Positions 21,060-33,859 of a stretch of 64,000 bases of DNA are shown in pieces. The DNA lies in the NCBI GenBank assembly GCA_036867785.1, contig CP145411.1:496001-560000 (forward strand), read 5' to 3'. Positions within the stretch are counted from its first letter, which is position 1, and every line of letters begins with the position of its first letter. The notes below the pieces were generated by a model. It had not been told where the DNA came from. It saw only the letters and a program-made list of their open reading frames with translations, and did no database searches. This DNA comes from Plasmodiophora brassicae (taxonomy: Eukaryota). The translations under genes and the position numbers were made by a program.

Positions 21060-23260
21060 AGACGTGGTCAACGTGACCTCCCTCCCTGCCGTCTTCCATC
21101 CCGTTAAGGGCGTTCCGGTAAAGTTGCCCGGGATGAACACCTATAATGTTGTACTAGAAATGGACGCGACGTACGAGGATGTCGTCTCCGCTCTTAAACG
21201 TGCTCTGTTCAACGAGTACGTCGACGCTAGGCATCGATAGTACTAGAGGGGCAGAGATATCCGGTATCAGCGCTCAGCTGGTCGTATTCCTTGCGGACAA
21301 GCCACAGGTGCTTTGGACCACCGCCCCTGCTCGAGTTGATATTGAAGGGAAACAACTTGAAAGGGGTGTCCTTGGCGATCAGAGCGCCGTCGGATGTACA
21401 CAACTCGAATTCCGCGTCGACGTACTCGATGAACGGATCACGTGGAAGAGCGAAGACGACATCCTTGTACGTCGCGTCTATTTCTACCGTAGTACAACGT
21501 TATGGGCGTTAATCCCGGGTAACTTTACCCGAAACGCCCTTAACCGGATGGAAGACGGCAGGGAGGGAGGTCACGTTGACCTGACGTAAGGCCGGGTTGA
21601 ACCACCACGATTACCGCGACGACGAGCCCATTCGGTTCCTCGACGCGCCCTGCGATCGACAGCAGGTGCGCCCGCGTGTCCTTCAACTGTTGGCCTATTG
21701 GACAATCAGGAGAATGAAGGCCAGATGCTCTGCGGCAGATGACGCAGGACGCTGGCATCGCAGAAGCGGAAATAACAGACCTTGGAATACAGCATCAGCA
21801 TCATAGATAGTCCCATGCGCCGATACCCATGTCCCCAGACATATGCGGCGATCAAGGGTACACGCTCGCGCGCGCGCCTGCGGGGCGAGAAGAGTACGGG
21901 ATCGATCGTTGATAAAGGGCATTCGTCTATCGTATTATCAACTGACGACTACAGCGGCCACTACGTCGTTGAGAATACCTCTCTGTTGACGACACCGAAG
22001 GACGACGCCATGGTGACAAACAGCAGCAGCAGCGCCGACACGATGGACGCTGCGAGCTGTGCGGCCGTCGATGCCAGCATCCTGCCGAAGGCGACCAACT
22101 TGGATTCGACTTCGATCCTGAAGCTGCGCGAGGCGTGCAACCGGTACGTCGACATCTTCGAGAACCGCGAGGGCGCCGACTTTATTCTTAAGCAATAAGG
22201 TTGTTCTTCACGGCGGTCCAGCTCAAGGCGATCGCCGAGAACCACCTCTACGTGGCTGATCGGCAGCGCGTTGATCTGGTCTCGGATCCAGGCATCCAGC
22301 GCCTGATCCGTCAACGCGTCCAAGCCGCCATCCACGTAAAGGTGGTTCTCGGCGATCGCCTTGAGCTGGACCGCCGTGAAGCACAACTGAGGACGAAGTC
22401 GGCGCCCTCGCGGCTGTTGCGCCTCGCGGCTGTTGCGCCTCGCGATCCTCGAAGATGGCGACGTACCGGTTGTACGCCTCGTGCAGCTTCAGGATCGAAG
22501 TCGAATCCAAGTTGGTCGCCTTCGGCAGGACGCTGGCATCGACGGTCGCACAGCTCGCAGCGTTCGTGAACACGCGCACAGCCCGGTTCTCGTCGTCAAG
22601 AAACCGAACGGCAAGGGGTATCGCCTATGCGTCGATCTACGTCAGGTGAACACGCGCACAGTCCCAACCGCATGGCCTATGCCGAACATCGAAGCGGCAA
22701 GTCGGAAGCTGGCTGCCGCTTCGTCACCATCGACGCGCACAAGTGGTTCTGGCTTATGCCCATCGGGAAGATCTCCTGGCATTCCTTGGCGATGGGCATA
22801 AGCCAGAACCCCTTGTGCGCGTCGATGGTGAAGAAGCAGGTTATGCCGGCCAGCTTCCGACTTGCCGCATCGATGTTCGGCATAGGCCATGCGGTTGGGA
22901 CTGTGCGCGTGTTCACCTGACGTAGATCGACGCATAGGCGATACCCCTTGCCGTTCGGTTTCTTGACGACGAGAACCGGGCTTGCCCATCTGGAGTTGAT
23001 GTTGAGGTAATCAGATTATTCTCCAGTAGCATCTTGATCATCTCATCGAGAAATTCCTTCTGCTTCGGGTTGTACGAGCGTGGTCGGCATCGGTATGGTG
23101 TGGCATCTGGTTGGAGCTGGATAACCATGGGATCGATCTTGACGGAACCATCTTGACCGAGTTGCGTACCGAACTCATTGACGTGTCGTCGCAGGATGAG
23201 TCGTAGACGTGCGATCCCCTAGGCGTGACCTGCCATTGAGACGTGCTTGATGTATCAGGT
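21060..23260. mobile_element. Scrambled Ty3/Gypsy relic (gag/pol pieces and reverse transcriptase N-terminus) in fold-back arrangement
   Basis: Minus strand: IQLQPDATPYRCRPRSYNP..SPVLVVKKPNGKGYRLCVDLRQVNTRT..WPMPNID..FFTIDAHKGFWLMP (Gypsy RT), truncated before YxDD. Confidence 0.85.
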
Positions 23261-24134
23261 GGTTGAGAGACGACTCGATCTCCTGGACGTTGATCGGGCC
23301 TAAGTCGACATCACTGGAAGTGGGCTCCGCCGCATCGTGCACATGTGGCGCCTTAGTATGTGTCGCCGCTTAGCATTGCCATTCTTGCAACGATCTAGCT
23401 GACGGTGTGGGTGCGTCGTCCGTCGACACGCACTCAGTGCGGTCGTCATCTATCTCCAGAATATGTGCCTGACGAAGCATTCATTGATTGCAATGCTCTT
23501 CAAGTAGATATCGCGTGCACCATTCAGATACCATCTACGTTTGTGAGTGCCGGGCCGTTTTAATCGATAAATGCTTCGTTGATGTCAGGTTTGGAGTCGG
23601 AAGACGACTGGCAGTTGGGTGTCGATGGATGGCGCACCACACGCCCTAATTCAGTGAGATGTTGGCGCTATGCAGGAATGGTACAAGGTTCGGCAATGTA
23701 CACTGGAGAAGGAAAATGTACCTGACCATTACCTGGGGGACAATTACACTATGACGCATACGTAATACAATCACCTACCGTTTTCCGAAGAATCGATTGG
23801 GGCCCATTCCAGTGCAGACTACGACTGGCGATTGCGTTCGCTCGGACGCCGACTTGAAATATTTTCTGGAACCTGGTCACGACGATAAACGAATCGCTGA
23901 ATTCGTAGGGGGACGCCCCTCCTGCAACAAACCGAACCGTCACTGCGGTTCCTTGACTCGTTAACCCCACGTGCTGGCGCCTCTTCCGATTCGCATACAT
24001 CGTGTGGACTCGCACGATGGCACACGCATTCGTAAACGTTTATCGCAGCATGGCAGAACAAGCATGAACACGACGATCAGCAGATGATCCGGTGAGTGCG
24101 CTTCTGGAGATGAGATTCGGGAATGGGCCTCTTG

Positions 24135-25815
24135 TCAGGCTCGCCAGTTTCTAGTGTCTTCGTCATCCACAATCAGTGACTGCGGATAAAACATCATGCT
24201 GAGCCATACGTGAAAGCCTTGAAGCGCCTCAGTGAAGTGCTCAATCAGCATGTCGGCTTGATCCCTGCTAAACGATTCCCGAACGCAGATCCGCATGACA
24301 GGTACGTTGTGCTTCGCACCGAACGGCACGTTGTACACAGGGATAACCCATCCGTGCTGTCGAAGGGACTTGCAAATCTGCTGAAGCGCATCCGGGTGGT
24401 GCACATCGGGACGCGACAGACGAGCAACAATAATCGGAATGGAAACCGACGGATCATTCACGAGCGTAAAGATGCCCGTCTCCAGCAATTGCCCAGCCAG
24501 ATAAACGGCTGTCCCGCGTATGTTCTCCATGACACGAGTGTAACCTTTACGCCCGAGTCGAAGGAAGTTGTCTGACGACACAGCAGGTCAGGATTCTGGG
24601 ACATGACTGATCAGTATTGGCTTACAGTACAAAACGACGATAGGAGCCGATGAACGAGTGAAGTTGAACACGATTCGGTCGTTCGTACCTCCCAGGTAAT
24701 CGATCGGGAATCGAAGCGTCCCCGGCACGTCACACTTCGAGCGCCAGATACACAGGCCGATCCCCGGCAGCGCCAAGCCGTACTTGTGCCCTGAGACATT
24801 GATGCTGCGAACGCACGGGATCCTGAAATCCCATTTGATATCGGCATCTAAGAACGGCGCCACGAACCCGCCACTGGCAGCATCGACGTGAATGCCAACC
24901 TGCCCCTCATTCAGCACGACGACGCGGGTGCTAGAACCCCCATCATGCCGGTTCTTACGTTCAAATCCCGCTCCCTGTTGACCCTCTCGATGACCTGTGC
25001 GATCTGTTCGATGGGTTCATACAGGCCCGTGGTCGTGGTGCCCATGACGCCCAGAACGCCAATCGTGTTCTCATCGATGAGTGCCTCGTAGGCGTCCGGA
25101 TCGACTTGGAACGCTTTGTCGCCCAGAGGAACAATGCGCTGTTCAACGTCGAAGAACGTGCAGAACTTCTCCCAACAGACGTGCACGGAACGCGACCTGA
25201 CCAGATTCGGCTGACCGCTTCCATGTCCGGCCTCTACAGCACGCAGCGTTAAGTTAACCAACACCCATCAATGGCGTGCGCATGCACCTTTCCAGCGAAA
25301 CTTCATCGCCAGCCCTGCCAGCATGCCAGCCTCACTCGATCCGATCGTCGTCGTACCAATGCCATTCTCGGGCGCATGAAGCAGATCCGACACGATCGCC
25401 ACACAGCGATCAGCAATCTTGTTTGCCTGTTATGTAATCAGGGCATTTTCGATCCAAAGCGTTCTGGTCGACAGTAGGGAAGTACCTGTGGGTACTCGTC
25501 GAGGTCGATGATGTTCTTCGGCGCATTCTCCACAATGAGAGCTTCCGCTTCCGGCTCCACCCATGTCGTCACCTATCATCAACCGCTACTTTATGCTTCA
25601 GCAGACAAATCGTGCGATGCGATATGTACGAAGGACGCCATGTTCTGTAAGGGATGGCAATCGATTTCGAGTTCGTCATGGATAACCTGGTAGGCCACCC
25701 GCGATGGCATCTCGTCGGACGGCAGCGTGTTCTTCGGGATCGGCTCTCGAATAAAACGAGAGCCGAACGTTGGCGTCAGCACATCAATCTCGTTAGTCGA
25801 ATCTTCCGACCTCAT
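24135..25815 (-). CDS. GAD: Glutamate decarboxylase (PLP-dependent, plant/fungal/bacterial type), multi-exon
   Basis: [67 protein letters not shown]. Confidence 0.95.
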
Positions 25816-25970
25816 CGTCTGCGAAAATAAATGAATGAACCAAACGTGCTATCTTCCGAGCGGACAGACTTGCCGACCGAGAGTGTGGGGGTAGATCTAC
25901 CAGCAACCGCAGTAATGAAGCGAGGCGTCTCAATGTGTCGCTCTGTTTACAACAGGATACAATATCGGCA

Positions 25971-26899
25971 TTATTCGGATATCTCCAAGCTCGTATAAAT
26001 TTGGAACACGCTGGGTTGTTTGACGACTTTGGAATCCCGAAACTCGAACACAAACGCTGTATCGGCCAAGGGGAATGTTCGAGCGAGTCGCCACAAACGA
26101 CTGGAAGTACCGGTTGCACCGTTAAGGACGGCGAGGGCAGACGACGTAAATTCCTCCTTGGCGCACCTTAGGGGCAGAATGAAGCCAACCACGACCGCAC
26201 GCCATTGATATGCGACATGTTTGAGAAACTGAAGAACGAGACTCGGCTGACAGTCGTGCCTGCCGTTCGAGAATTGGGAGAACGGCGGATTACCAATGGC
26301 AATGGTCAAAGACCCGAGCGCGCTCGTCGGGCGTGACGATGTAAAGAAATCCCCATGGGCAACATGGGCACAAGGACAGTGCTGCATAGCAGCAGTGCAC
26401 AGATCATGATCGATCTCGCACCCAAACAGGCGACGAGCCCCAGCGTCATACAACGCTTTCAACAACCGCCCGTCCCCACAAGACGGCTCCAGGAACAGGA
26501 TCTGTTCGTGCGCGATCGACAACCCCGTTGAGGAGCATAGGAAGTCGGACATGTGATGGAGTACGAATGCGATCAACCTGGGACACGTGAAATACTGCTG
26601 CAAGGCCTTCGCGCGCTGCAGGCGCAGGCGCCGTTGTCGTCGTTTCAACACGTCGGCGCGAAATCGCTCGTCGTCCACGAACAGGTCGCGTTGCTCTGCC
26701 GGCAATAGCTGAAACGCGTCGTTGATCCAAACGTTCACACTCGATTGCGCTCTTCTTCAGCTCGACGCGCCAGCCAGCGTGCCTATCCCAGGACCGCGCC
26801 ATGATGGGTCTTCAGCCGGCGGGATGGTAGACGTTGGAAACTCGGCGAGGCCTTACGCAACGCCCTGTCCCATGCCTGGAGGTCGGCGTAATCCCGCAT
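25971..26899 (-). CDS. SAM-dependent N6-adenine/amino methyltransferase-like protein
   Basis: QYFTCP, FLEPSCGDGRLL (motif I), GCEID, GDFF, IGNPPFS (motif IV), GFILP. First exon inferred. Confidence 0.75.
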
Positions 26900-27042
26900 T
26901 AGCTGGAGGCCGGCCCCATCGACGTCCACCGATAGAATGATCTTCGTTGAAACGGCATCGAATCCCAGGTGGATCTCCGAAGGTCACAACATACAGATAA
27001 CATCAAATGAGCGCGGCCGCTTAGACAAATTTACGTTCTGAT

Positions 27043-28014
27043 CTATGCGGTAACCAGTTTATGTCGCGGGCGGAACGTGCACAAAGCGGCGGTGAACGAC
27101 AGCAACACTGGGATCGCGAGCGCGTTCTGCTCCGGGTTCAACGCAACACTCGCTAGCGCCGCCAAGCAGAAGAATGTGGTCAGGATGACAAGCAGGCCGA
27201 TATGCGCCAGCAGGGCGTGCTTGTAATTCGGGTTTAGGAAGAAATAAAAGTAGCAGCCTGTCAAGCGTGTCAGAAAACACATTAACGTAGCAGAGGCGCG
27301 CCCTAACCGTGGTGACGGGCGATGACCCAAGCGAACAGAATGTACGCGACACCATACAGCAGGGCGAAGTGGAAGTGACGAGCGACATCGAACTCGACCT
27401 GATTGAGGATGAGCTCGGCGACCATAAAGGCAACGTTGAGGTTGTGCATGGCGAGTGCTTGCCATGTGAAAAAGTTCTCCGGGTCTGGCGACCCTGGTAT
27501 CAGGACGTACGTCACAATGAAAGACACCAGCATGGCCAATGCCAGCCCCTGAGTATACACTCAATAGCACGTTTCAGAGCACTCGGACATTGCCTACAAT
27601 TTCAAACAGGACTGTCGCCGCTTCGGCGAGAATGGGCGGCGACCTGTTTGGACCGATGACGTGCAGGAGAAGGACAGCCGCGAAGTACATGCCTTGTCCG
27701 ATCCATGCCCAGACAGTGAACGTGTAGAACCGCTGCCGACCGACGAGCCGCATGCGCTTGAACGATTGGTCGACGAGGCAGACGCAGACATTGATACCGG
27801 TTTTATCGATGGCAATCGACACCAGCGTAAACGCGATAATGGCGGTACAGGCGCAGCGGAACGCGACCAGGGCAGCATCCGACACAACATTGGATTTTAT
27901 CAGGCGAAGCACATCATCGACTGTATGCCGGCGCACTGGCAACGTCAAGATGCGCCATCCAATGAAGGATACGACCGCTGCGAGGAAACCAATGATTTGC
28001 ATGCGCCCCGACAT
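27043..28014 (-). CDS. Multi-pass membrane protein, FAR-17a/AIG1 / rolling-stone-like
   Basis: FYTFTVWAW, MHNLNVAFMVAELILN, FYFFLNP; about 7 hydrophobic segments over three exons. Confidence 0.6.
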
Positions 28015-28413
28015 CTGGCGCTGTCAACGCGACGCTCAGCAAGTCCACGTACGGCGTTGCTGAGGTAAAATTTGGATACCTGCACCCCGCCTGCATTCCC
28101 AATGCTGCAATACTGCACCAAGTGCACGGATGAGTATCAACGGTTGGGGAAAGTGTTGCAGATGCTAATTATTACTGCGTTGATCGGTTTGAATTGATGG
28201 TGTGGCATTACCCCACGTGACATCCCGACGCCTTATTATGGATACGCCAGGCATTTGCTGTTCCTGGTATTCGTGTGGCCAAATCCGCGAGGCGAATCGA
28301 GAATGAACTCTGAACTGGGTGATCCACCACGTCGCTAAGAAGGAGCCGTGGTGCGACAGTCCAGGTTGTGCGACGAGTGCGCGCACGCGTCGTGCGGAGT
28401 GCGGATCGTGGGA

Positions 28414-30782
28414 ATGACCAACGTCACCATGGTGGAGTGCAAGGACGTCCAGCTCGTCGCCAGGAACAAACGCGTGAGCGTGCCCATGTGGGCTGGAATG
28501 TGGGACAGGCGCTAACGACCGATTCTGTGCTGGTAGCACCCTGGGTCGGTTGTGATTGACGGTGGCCGCCTGTCGTGGTCGTCACGATACAATCGGGACC
28601 GCGTCGTCAACATTGCTGCTGCCGATGTCGATTCGTTGCAGTGGTGCCGAGTTGACAAGAATTTCCAGCTGACTATCGTCCATTCTGATTCCACCAATGT
28701 TTTCGATGGGTTCCGAGAAGAGGTATGCCCCGTCACCATCCATGGATCTGTGTAGTCACTGACATGTAATATCGTCTGGTAGGACCTCCCATCCATCGTG
28801 GAATTCGGAAAGGTCAACGGCGTCGATGTTGAGTCTATCAAATTGGCGACTTCTGGATGGAACTGGGGCGATTGTGCTGTTGACAACAGTCGTGTCATGT
28901 TTAAAATTGGCGATGAAGTCGCTTTCGACTTCCCATTGGCCGACGTTGCGCAGACTGCCCGGCAAGGTAAGAACGAGGTCTCTATCGAGTTTCATCAAGA
29001 CGACACGGCTGCTCCCGATGAAGACAGACTGGTTCGACTCCTGTTACGGGTATCATTGCAGATATCTAATTGGCGTTCAGGTTGAAATGCGGTTCTATGT
29101 GCCGCCGCTTCCTGCGGATGAGGTTGAAGGTGACGAGGCAACACGCCAGGAGCGTGGCGTGGTCCTGTTTCATCAACAGATTCAGGAAAAATGTCGTCGA
29201 AGCGGACTGCAGGTAACAGTACCGTCAACACGATTGCAGGGGGTATTCGAGTTTACCGTATGCCACAGGAAGAGAGCATTGCGACGTTCTCTGAAGTTCT
29301 GTTCGTTTCGCCTCGAGGACGTTACGAAGTTGAAATGTTTGGCAGCTATTTGACGCTTCATGGGAAGACGTTCTCGTACAAGATCATGTACAAGAGCATT
29401 AACCGGTTGTTCATGCTGGAGAACCCCGATAAGGTTCGTTTTCGTTGCTGCATCAAACCTAGTGTTCACTGGCTGAATCTGTGCGCGAAGGTTACATTTG
29501 TCATCAGTCTTGACCCTGCTATTCGGCAAGGCGGAACGACCTATTCGTACCTTCTGCTCTCGTTTAATCCGGATGATGAAATTGAGTTGAGGCCCAATCT
29601 CTCCGAAGAGATCATTGCCGAAAAATACGCAGGTTAGTGCAGTATATGCCATACTAATAGCGACTGCGACTGATTTGTCATCGCGTCAGGCAAGCTTTCT
29701 GCTGAAATGGAAGGCCCTGTGCATGACGTTGTGGGTCGTGTATTCCGGGCACTAACTGGTCGAAAGGTTCGCACTTGGTCTGTTTCTGTATTGTCGGTAT
29801 CTGATACGCCATGCAGGTCATTGTCAGCGGAGCATATCGAAGTCATGAACATAACAAATCTGTTCGATGTGCACTCAAGGCCAATGATGGGTACTGCTTG
29901 TCAAACATTATCGCTATCGTTATTATCTGTTGAATCGACGTTTGCCTGTAGGTTCTTATTCCCTCTTGAGAAAGGGTTATTTTTCATCCACAAGCCTGTT
30001 ATGTATATTCGTTATGAAACGATTGCGTCAATCGAGTTTGCTCGTGTTGATGCGAAATCGAAATCGTTCGACATGATCGTGTCTCGTCGTGGCGGTGAGG
30101 GCAACCTGGCTTTTACTCAGATCAATCGGGAAGAATATGGACCGCTGCTGGAGTTCCTGCGTAGTCGACAAGTGCATATTGTCAACATCGCCAATGAGGA
30201 ACAACTTGCACGAGACACTGACGAGGCTGTGGTTTCGCAATCTGGTCGTCGCATCCGAGCGTCAGCGGACACTGAACTCGGTTTGGTAACTATCCTGTAA
30301 TAGCGTTCGAACGACTGATGATCGATGCAGAGGCTCTCGGCGAAGAGGACGATGAAGAAGAGGAAGATGACGAAGACTTTGCTGAAGAATCCGAAGAAGA
30401 GCTTTCTGATGAGTACTCGTCTCGCTCGCGGGCGTCCGGAGATGAATCTGGATCCGCTGGCGAATCCGAAGATGATGAAGAAGCAGAAGATGACGAGGAA
30501 GAGGACGAGGTTGAATCTTAATCATGTGCGTGATGTCACTCGTTGACACCTGCTTCAGGAACCCGAGGATGTTCCAGCTAAGTCGAAGAAATCTAAGCAA
30601 AAGCGGGATCGTAATGACAGTGCTGCTGCGTCTCGTAAGAAAGCCAAGGTAGAGTATGACCTGACGTGATGATGTCGTTAGACTCATCAGCGTTGTAGGC
30701 TTCCTCATCATCGAAACGGGAAGCGAAGAGGCGGTCGGACTCCGAGGACGACGATGAAGACGTTTCCGACGACGATGAATGA
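28414..30782 (+). CDS. SSRP1: FACT complex subunit SSRP1/Pob3
   Basis: GWNWG, KNEVSIEFH, VEMRFYVP, PRGRYEVEMF..LHGKTFSYKI, LDPAIRQGGTTY, FPLEKGLFFIHKP, acidic C-terminus. Confidence 0.96.
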
Positions 30783-30920
30783 AAGTTCACAAACTTAGTG
30801 TTACCTGACCTTTGTTGCATTGCACTTGCTGGCACGTCAGAGAGTAAACGAGTGTGTGATCTCAACGACAACGGTCCAGACTGGAGTCGCGCAGATTTTG
30901 CTCCCATTTGTGCATTGTTC

Positions 30921-32543
30921 ATGGTCGCCGTAGGGGCGCGTTCGGTACGCCTGTCGCATTCGATTTGGTGGCGTTTGGGCGCCCATCGTCGCCGACATGG
31001 AGCAGCGCTAGCCTCACAGTGCGGCCGTACAATAGCGGCGTTCGCTGCCGAGCAGAAGGGTGAAGGTGTTCTGAACATCCTGGTACTCGACTGCGGCCTT
31101 GGCGAGTTCGCATACCTCGTCATCCGCTCGTTCAGGGAGTGCAGAGCTAAAATACCCTGCCCTGTTCGGTTTATCCTCAGTGACCCGTCGCTCGCTAATG
31201 TCAACCGATGCCGGGATAACGTACGGTTTCGCACCGATCCTGATGTGGAATTCGCTGTGTTCGACGTCGAAGTTGACGACAGTTTGACGCTTTTGACCAG
31301 TAATTCCCAGTTCAAGCCATCAAAGCACGCGATGTTTATTGTTGCCGAATCTGTCTTTCTTGATCGTTTGCGCCATGATGTCCTCCGTTTCGCCAGCGAT
31401 GGAGGATTGGAGGAAGGCGTCCTCACACTGTCATCTCCGAGATCAAACGAACCTGACTGCCACGATCCGTCACTGCGCCAACGCTTGCGAGTCAGTTTCG
31501 CATATAAGCGGGTGCCTGCCGAACGATCGGTTTGTCCAAAACCCTCCTTTGTGTAATCATGTGGACTCAGTTTGTCTATTAGCGCCACTACTACACGGGG
31601 TTGCAAGCACCTCTCAACGACGTTATCGCGCCGTTCAAAGAGGCCAATAGCGTGAACACGCCTATCTGCGTCCCAGTCGGTGCTGCAGATGCGATTGCGA
31701 ACTTGTTAGCGATCAGCGACAGACTCCTCGTGTTCACTGTCGACGACTGTTTTAGTGTAGTGTAGGTCAACCTGAAAGTTTCCCGTTCCTGTGTGATACG
31801 GTTTCACAGGCATGCGCAGAGCGGCGATGGGATGAACTCTCTGGACAGTGTGTTCCGGATGGTTGGCGGTTCGACTCTGAGGACGAAGATGTCGCCGAAT
31901 GCTGCTCTGACATCGTTTAACTGCGAGTTTGCGTCCGCTAAAACCTCTTTCCATGGCGTTGTTGGTGATGGCATGCCTGTCCACATTTCGGGAAGTTTGG
32001 AACTAGAGAGCGCAGTGCGCCTTCTCGAAATGTCGGAATTCGACACTGAGGTATCACATGGATGCTCGTCCATGAAGCGCTCTCTGACAACATTTATACA
32101 GGTATTCCGGACACTGCATGACAAGATTGAAACTGACCGTGTCTCGGGGGCACTAAGACGCCGCCTTTCCGTTGCGTTAATGAACGTGGCCGATCGCGTG
32201 TATCTCACTAACGATGACATTATCGTCACCATTGGCCGCCTGTTAATGTCATTACGTATGTTCGATGAGGCGTCCGATGTACTGAAACTGGCTACGAAGA
32301 TGTGCGTTAGCGATATAGATTTTGAGTTATCATGGTCATCTGACGCGTGCTCTAAGGTGGCCAGGTGTGTCCGCACCCGCTCTGGTGACCTATGCGTCCT
32401 GCTTGCACAAGAGAGGATTGACGGACGATGCTCTTGTGGTTGTCAACCGCGTACTCGACCGACACCCAGAACATGAGAATGCCCGGGAACTGAAGATGGC
32501 ATTGGTGGCAAGCAGGCCCGTAACGACTCTGTCCGCTCATTGA
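30921..32543 (+). CDS. Putative SAM-dependent methyltransferase-like (MidA/NDUFAF7 fold) protein with C-terminal TPR-like helices
   Basis: ILVLDCGLGEFAY, FILSD, FAVFD, FIVAESVFLDRL; TPR-like end DALVVVNRVLDRHPEHENARELK. Exon structure approximate. Confidence 0.55.
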
Positions 32544-32596
32544 TCTCGAAGTACCAATTTTGTCCTACATACTCTATGCTTCGGTTTTGTATGCTT

Positions 32597-33830
32597 TTAC
32601 AACGAAGGAAGCCTCGCCTGTGTCCGCGGCGGCTTATCATGTGTGAGGTTAGGACGCTGTCGTGGTGTCACAGGAAGAGTCCTTGGACGACCTCGAGGGG
32701 TCTTACTGTCCAGGTACATGGCCAGCGCTCGTGCCCTTGGCGGCATGTCTTTGTACTGCTCAGTCAATTGTCTTGACGTTACGCTCTGTCGCGTTTGGGG
32801 GATCGCGAAAAGGTCATCGAATGGTAGTGCATGTGGATCATCTGGAACCGGCGTTTCGGTACGCAAGGCAACGCGTCGTTTTCGCGCGCGCTTGACGAAC
32901 TCCTTCTCGAGGTGAACCAGCCGGGCAGCCACTCGCATACGATGCGCATGGCGCACCTCCTGACTTCGCAATCGTTCCATTTCTTTCAGGTCGATATCCT
33001 GGTCTAGCATTGCGAACTGGCGGACCGCATCCATGGCACCCTGCGGAGCCGCCCCTCTTCGAATGACTTCCTCGAGATTTCGTCGGCGAAGAAAGGCAGG
33101 GATCCACAGGTAAAACGGGAGTAGTTGCGAATTCACGCTCGTTTCGATGACCGAACGCGCCATGAAATGCAAGAACTGGTTGAAGTCCAGAGCGCCCCTT
33201 GCGTTCTGGTCGACAGCCAGCATTCGCTGAGTCATCCCTTTCTGGCTGACGTGATACCCTGCAGCGTGTCAAATCCAACCATGCCACGAAGGCAAACGCC
33301 ATTAGCATGGGTTCATACCAATGAATCGTAGGGCGCGGCGAAAGTCGTCAATGTCGACCCTTCCCGAACCCTCAGTGTCAATGAGGTCGAACATTCTACG
33401 ATAATGGGCCCGGCTTCGCGCATCGAGCGGGTCGGTCAGGTGCGTATGGCCCCTGGACGCCATCCATCTCGATACTTGGTTACCATACAAGTCCAGCTCA
33501 GCAACCGTCAGCCCCGTTCTCCTCATGTCCTTGACAAATGACACCAGCTGTCAATATACAAACTAGATATTTCGATTCCCGATATATGTCAACAAGAATC
33601 CACACGGAAGACCGTACTTACATATCCACTGCAGCAGCGTGTCCTGTAGTGGGTATTGGGTAGATCCATTCAACAATTGCCCACACTACTGTCGCTGCTG
33701 CACCACGATGTCGGCGGCGACAAAATATTTTGGAGCGCCTTCGAGGATCCCGCGCCCAGCCTGTTTCTTGGGAGTTGGGACCTGCAAAGTAGCAGTGCGC
33801 GGGGGCAAATGGCTGGCTCTGACTCGACAT
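32597..33830 (-). CDS. EF-hand protein (5' end uncertain)
   Basis: MFDLIDTEGSGRVDIDDF and VDQNARGALDFNQF EF-hand loops. Confidence 0.7.
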
Positions 33831-33859
33831 CGTCGCCGTCAAATGCTAGACGCAAGGCG

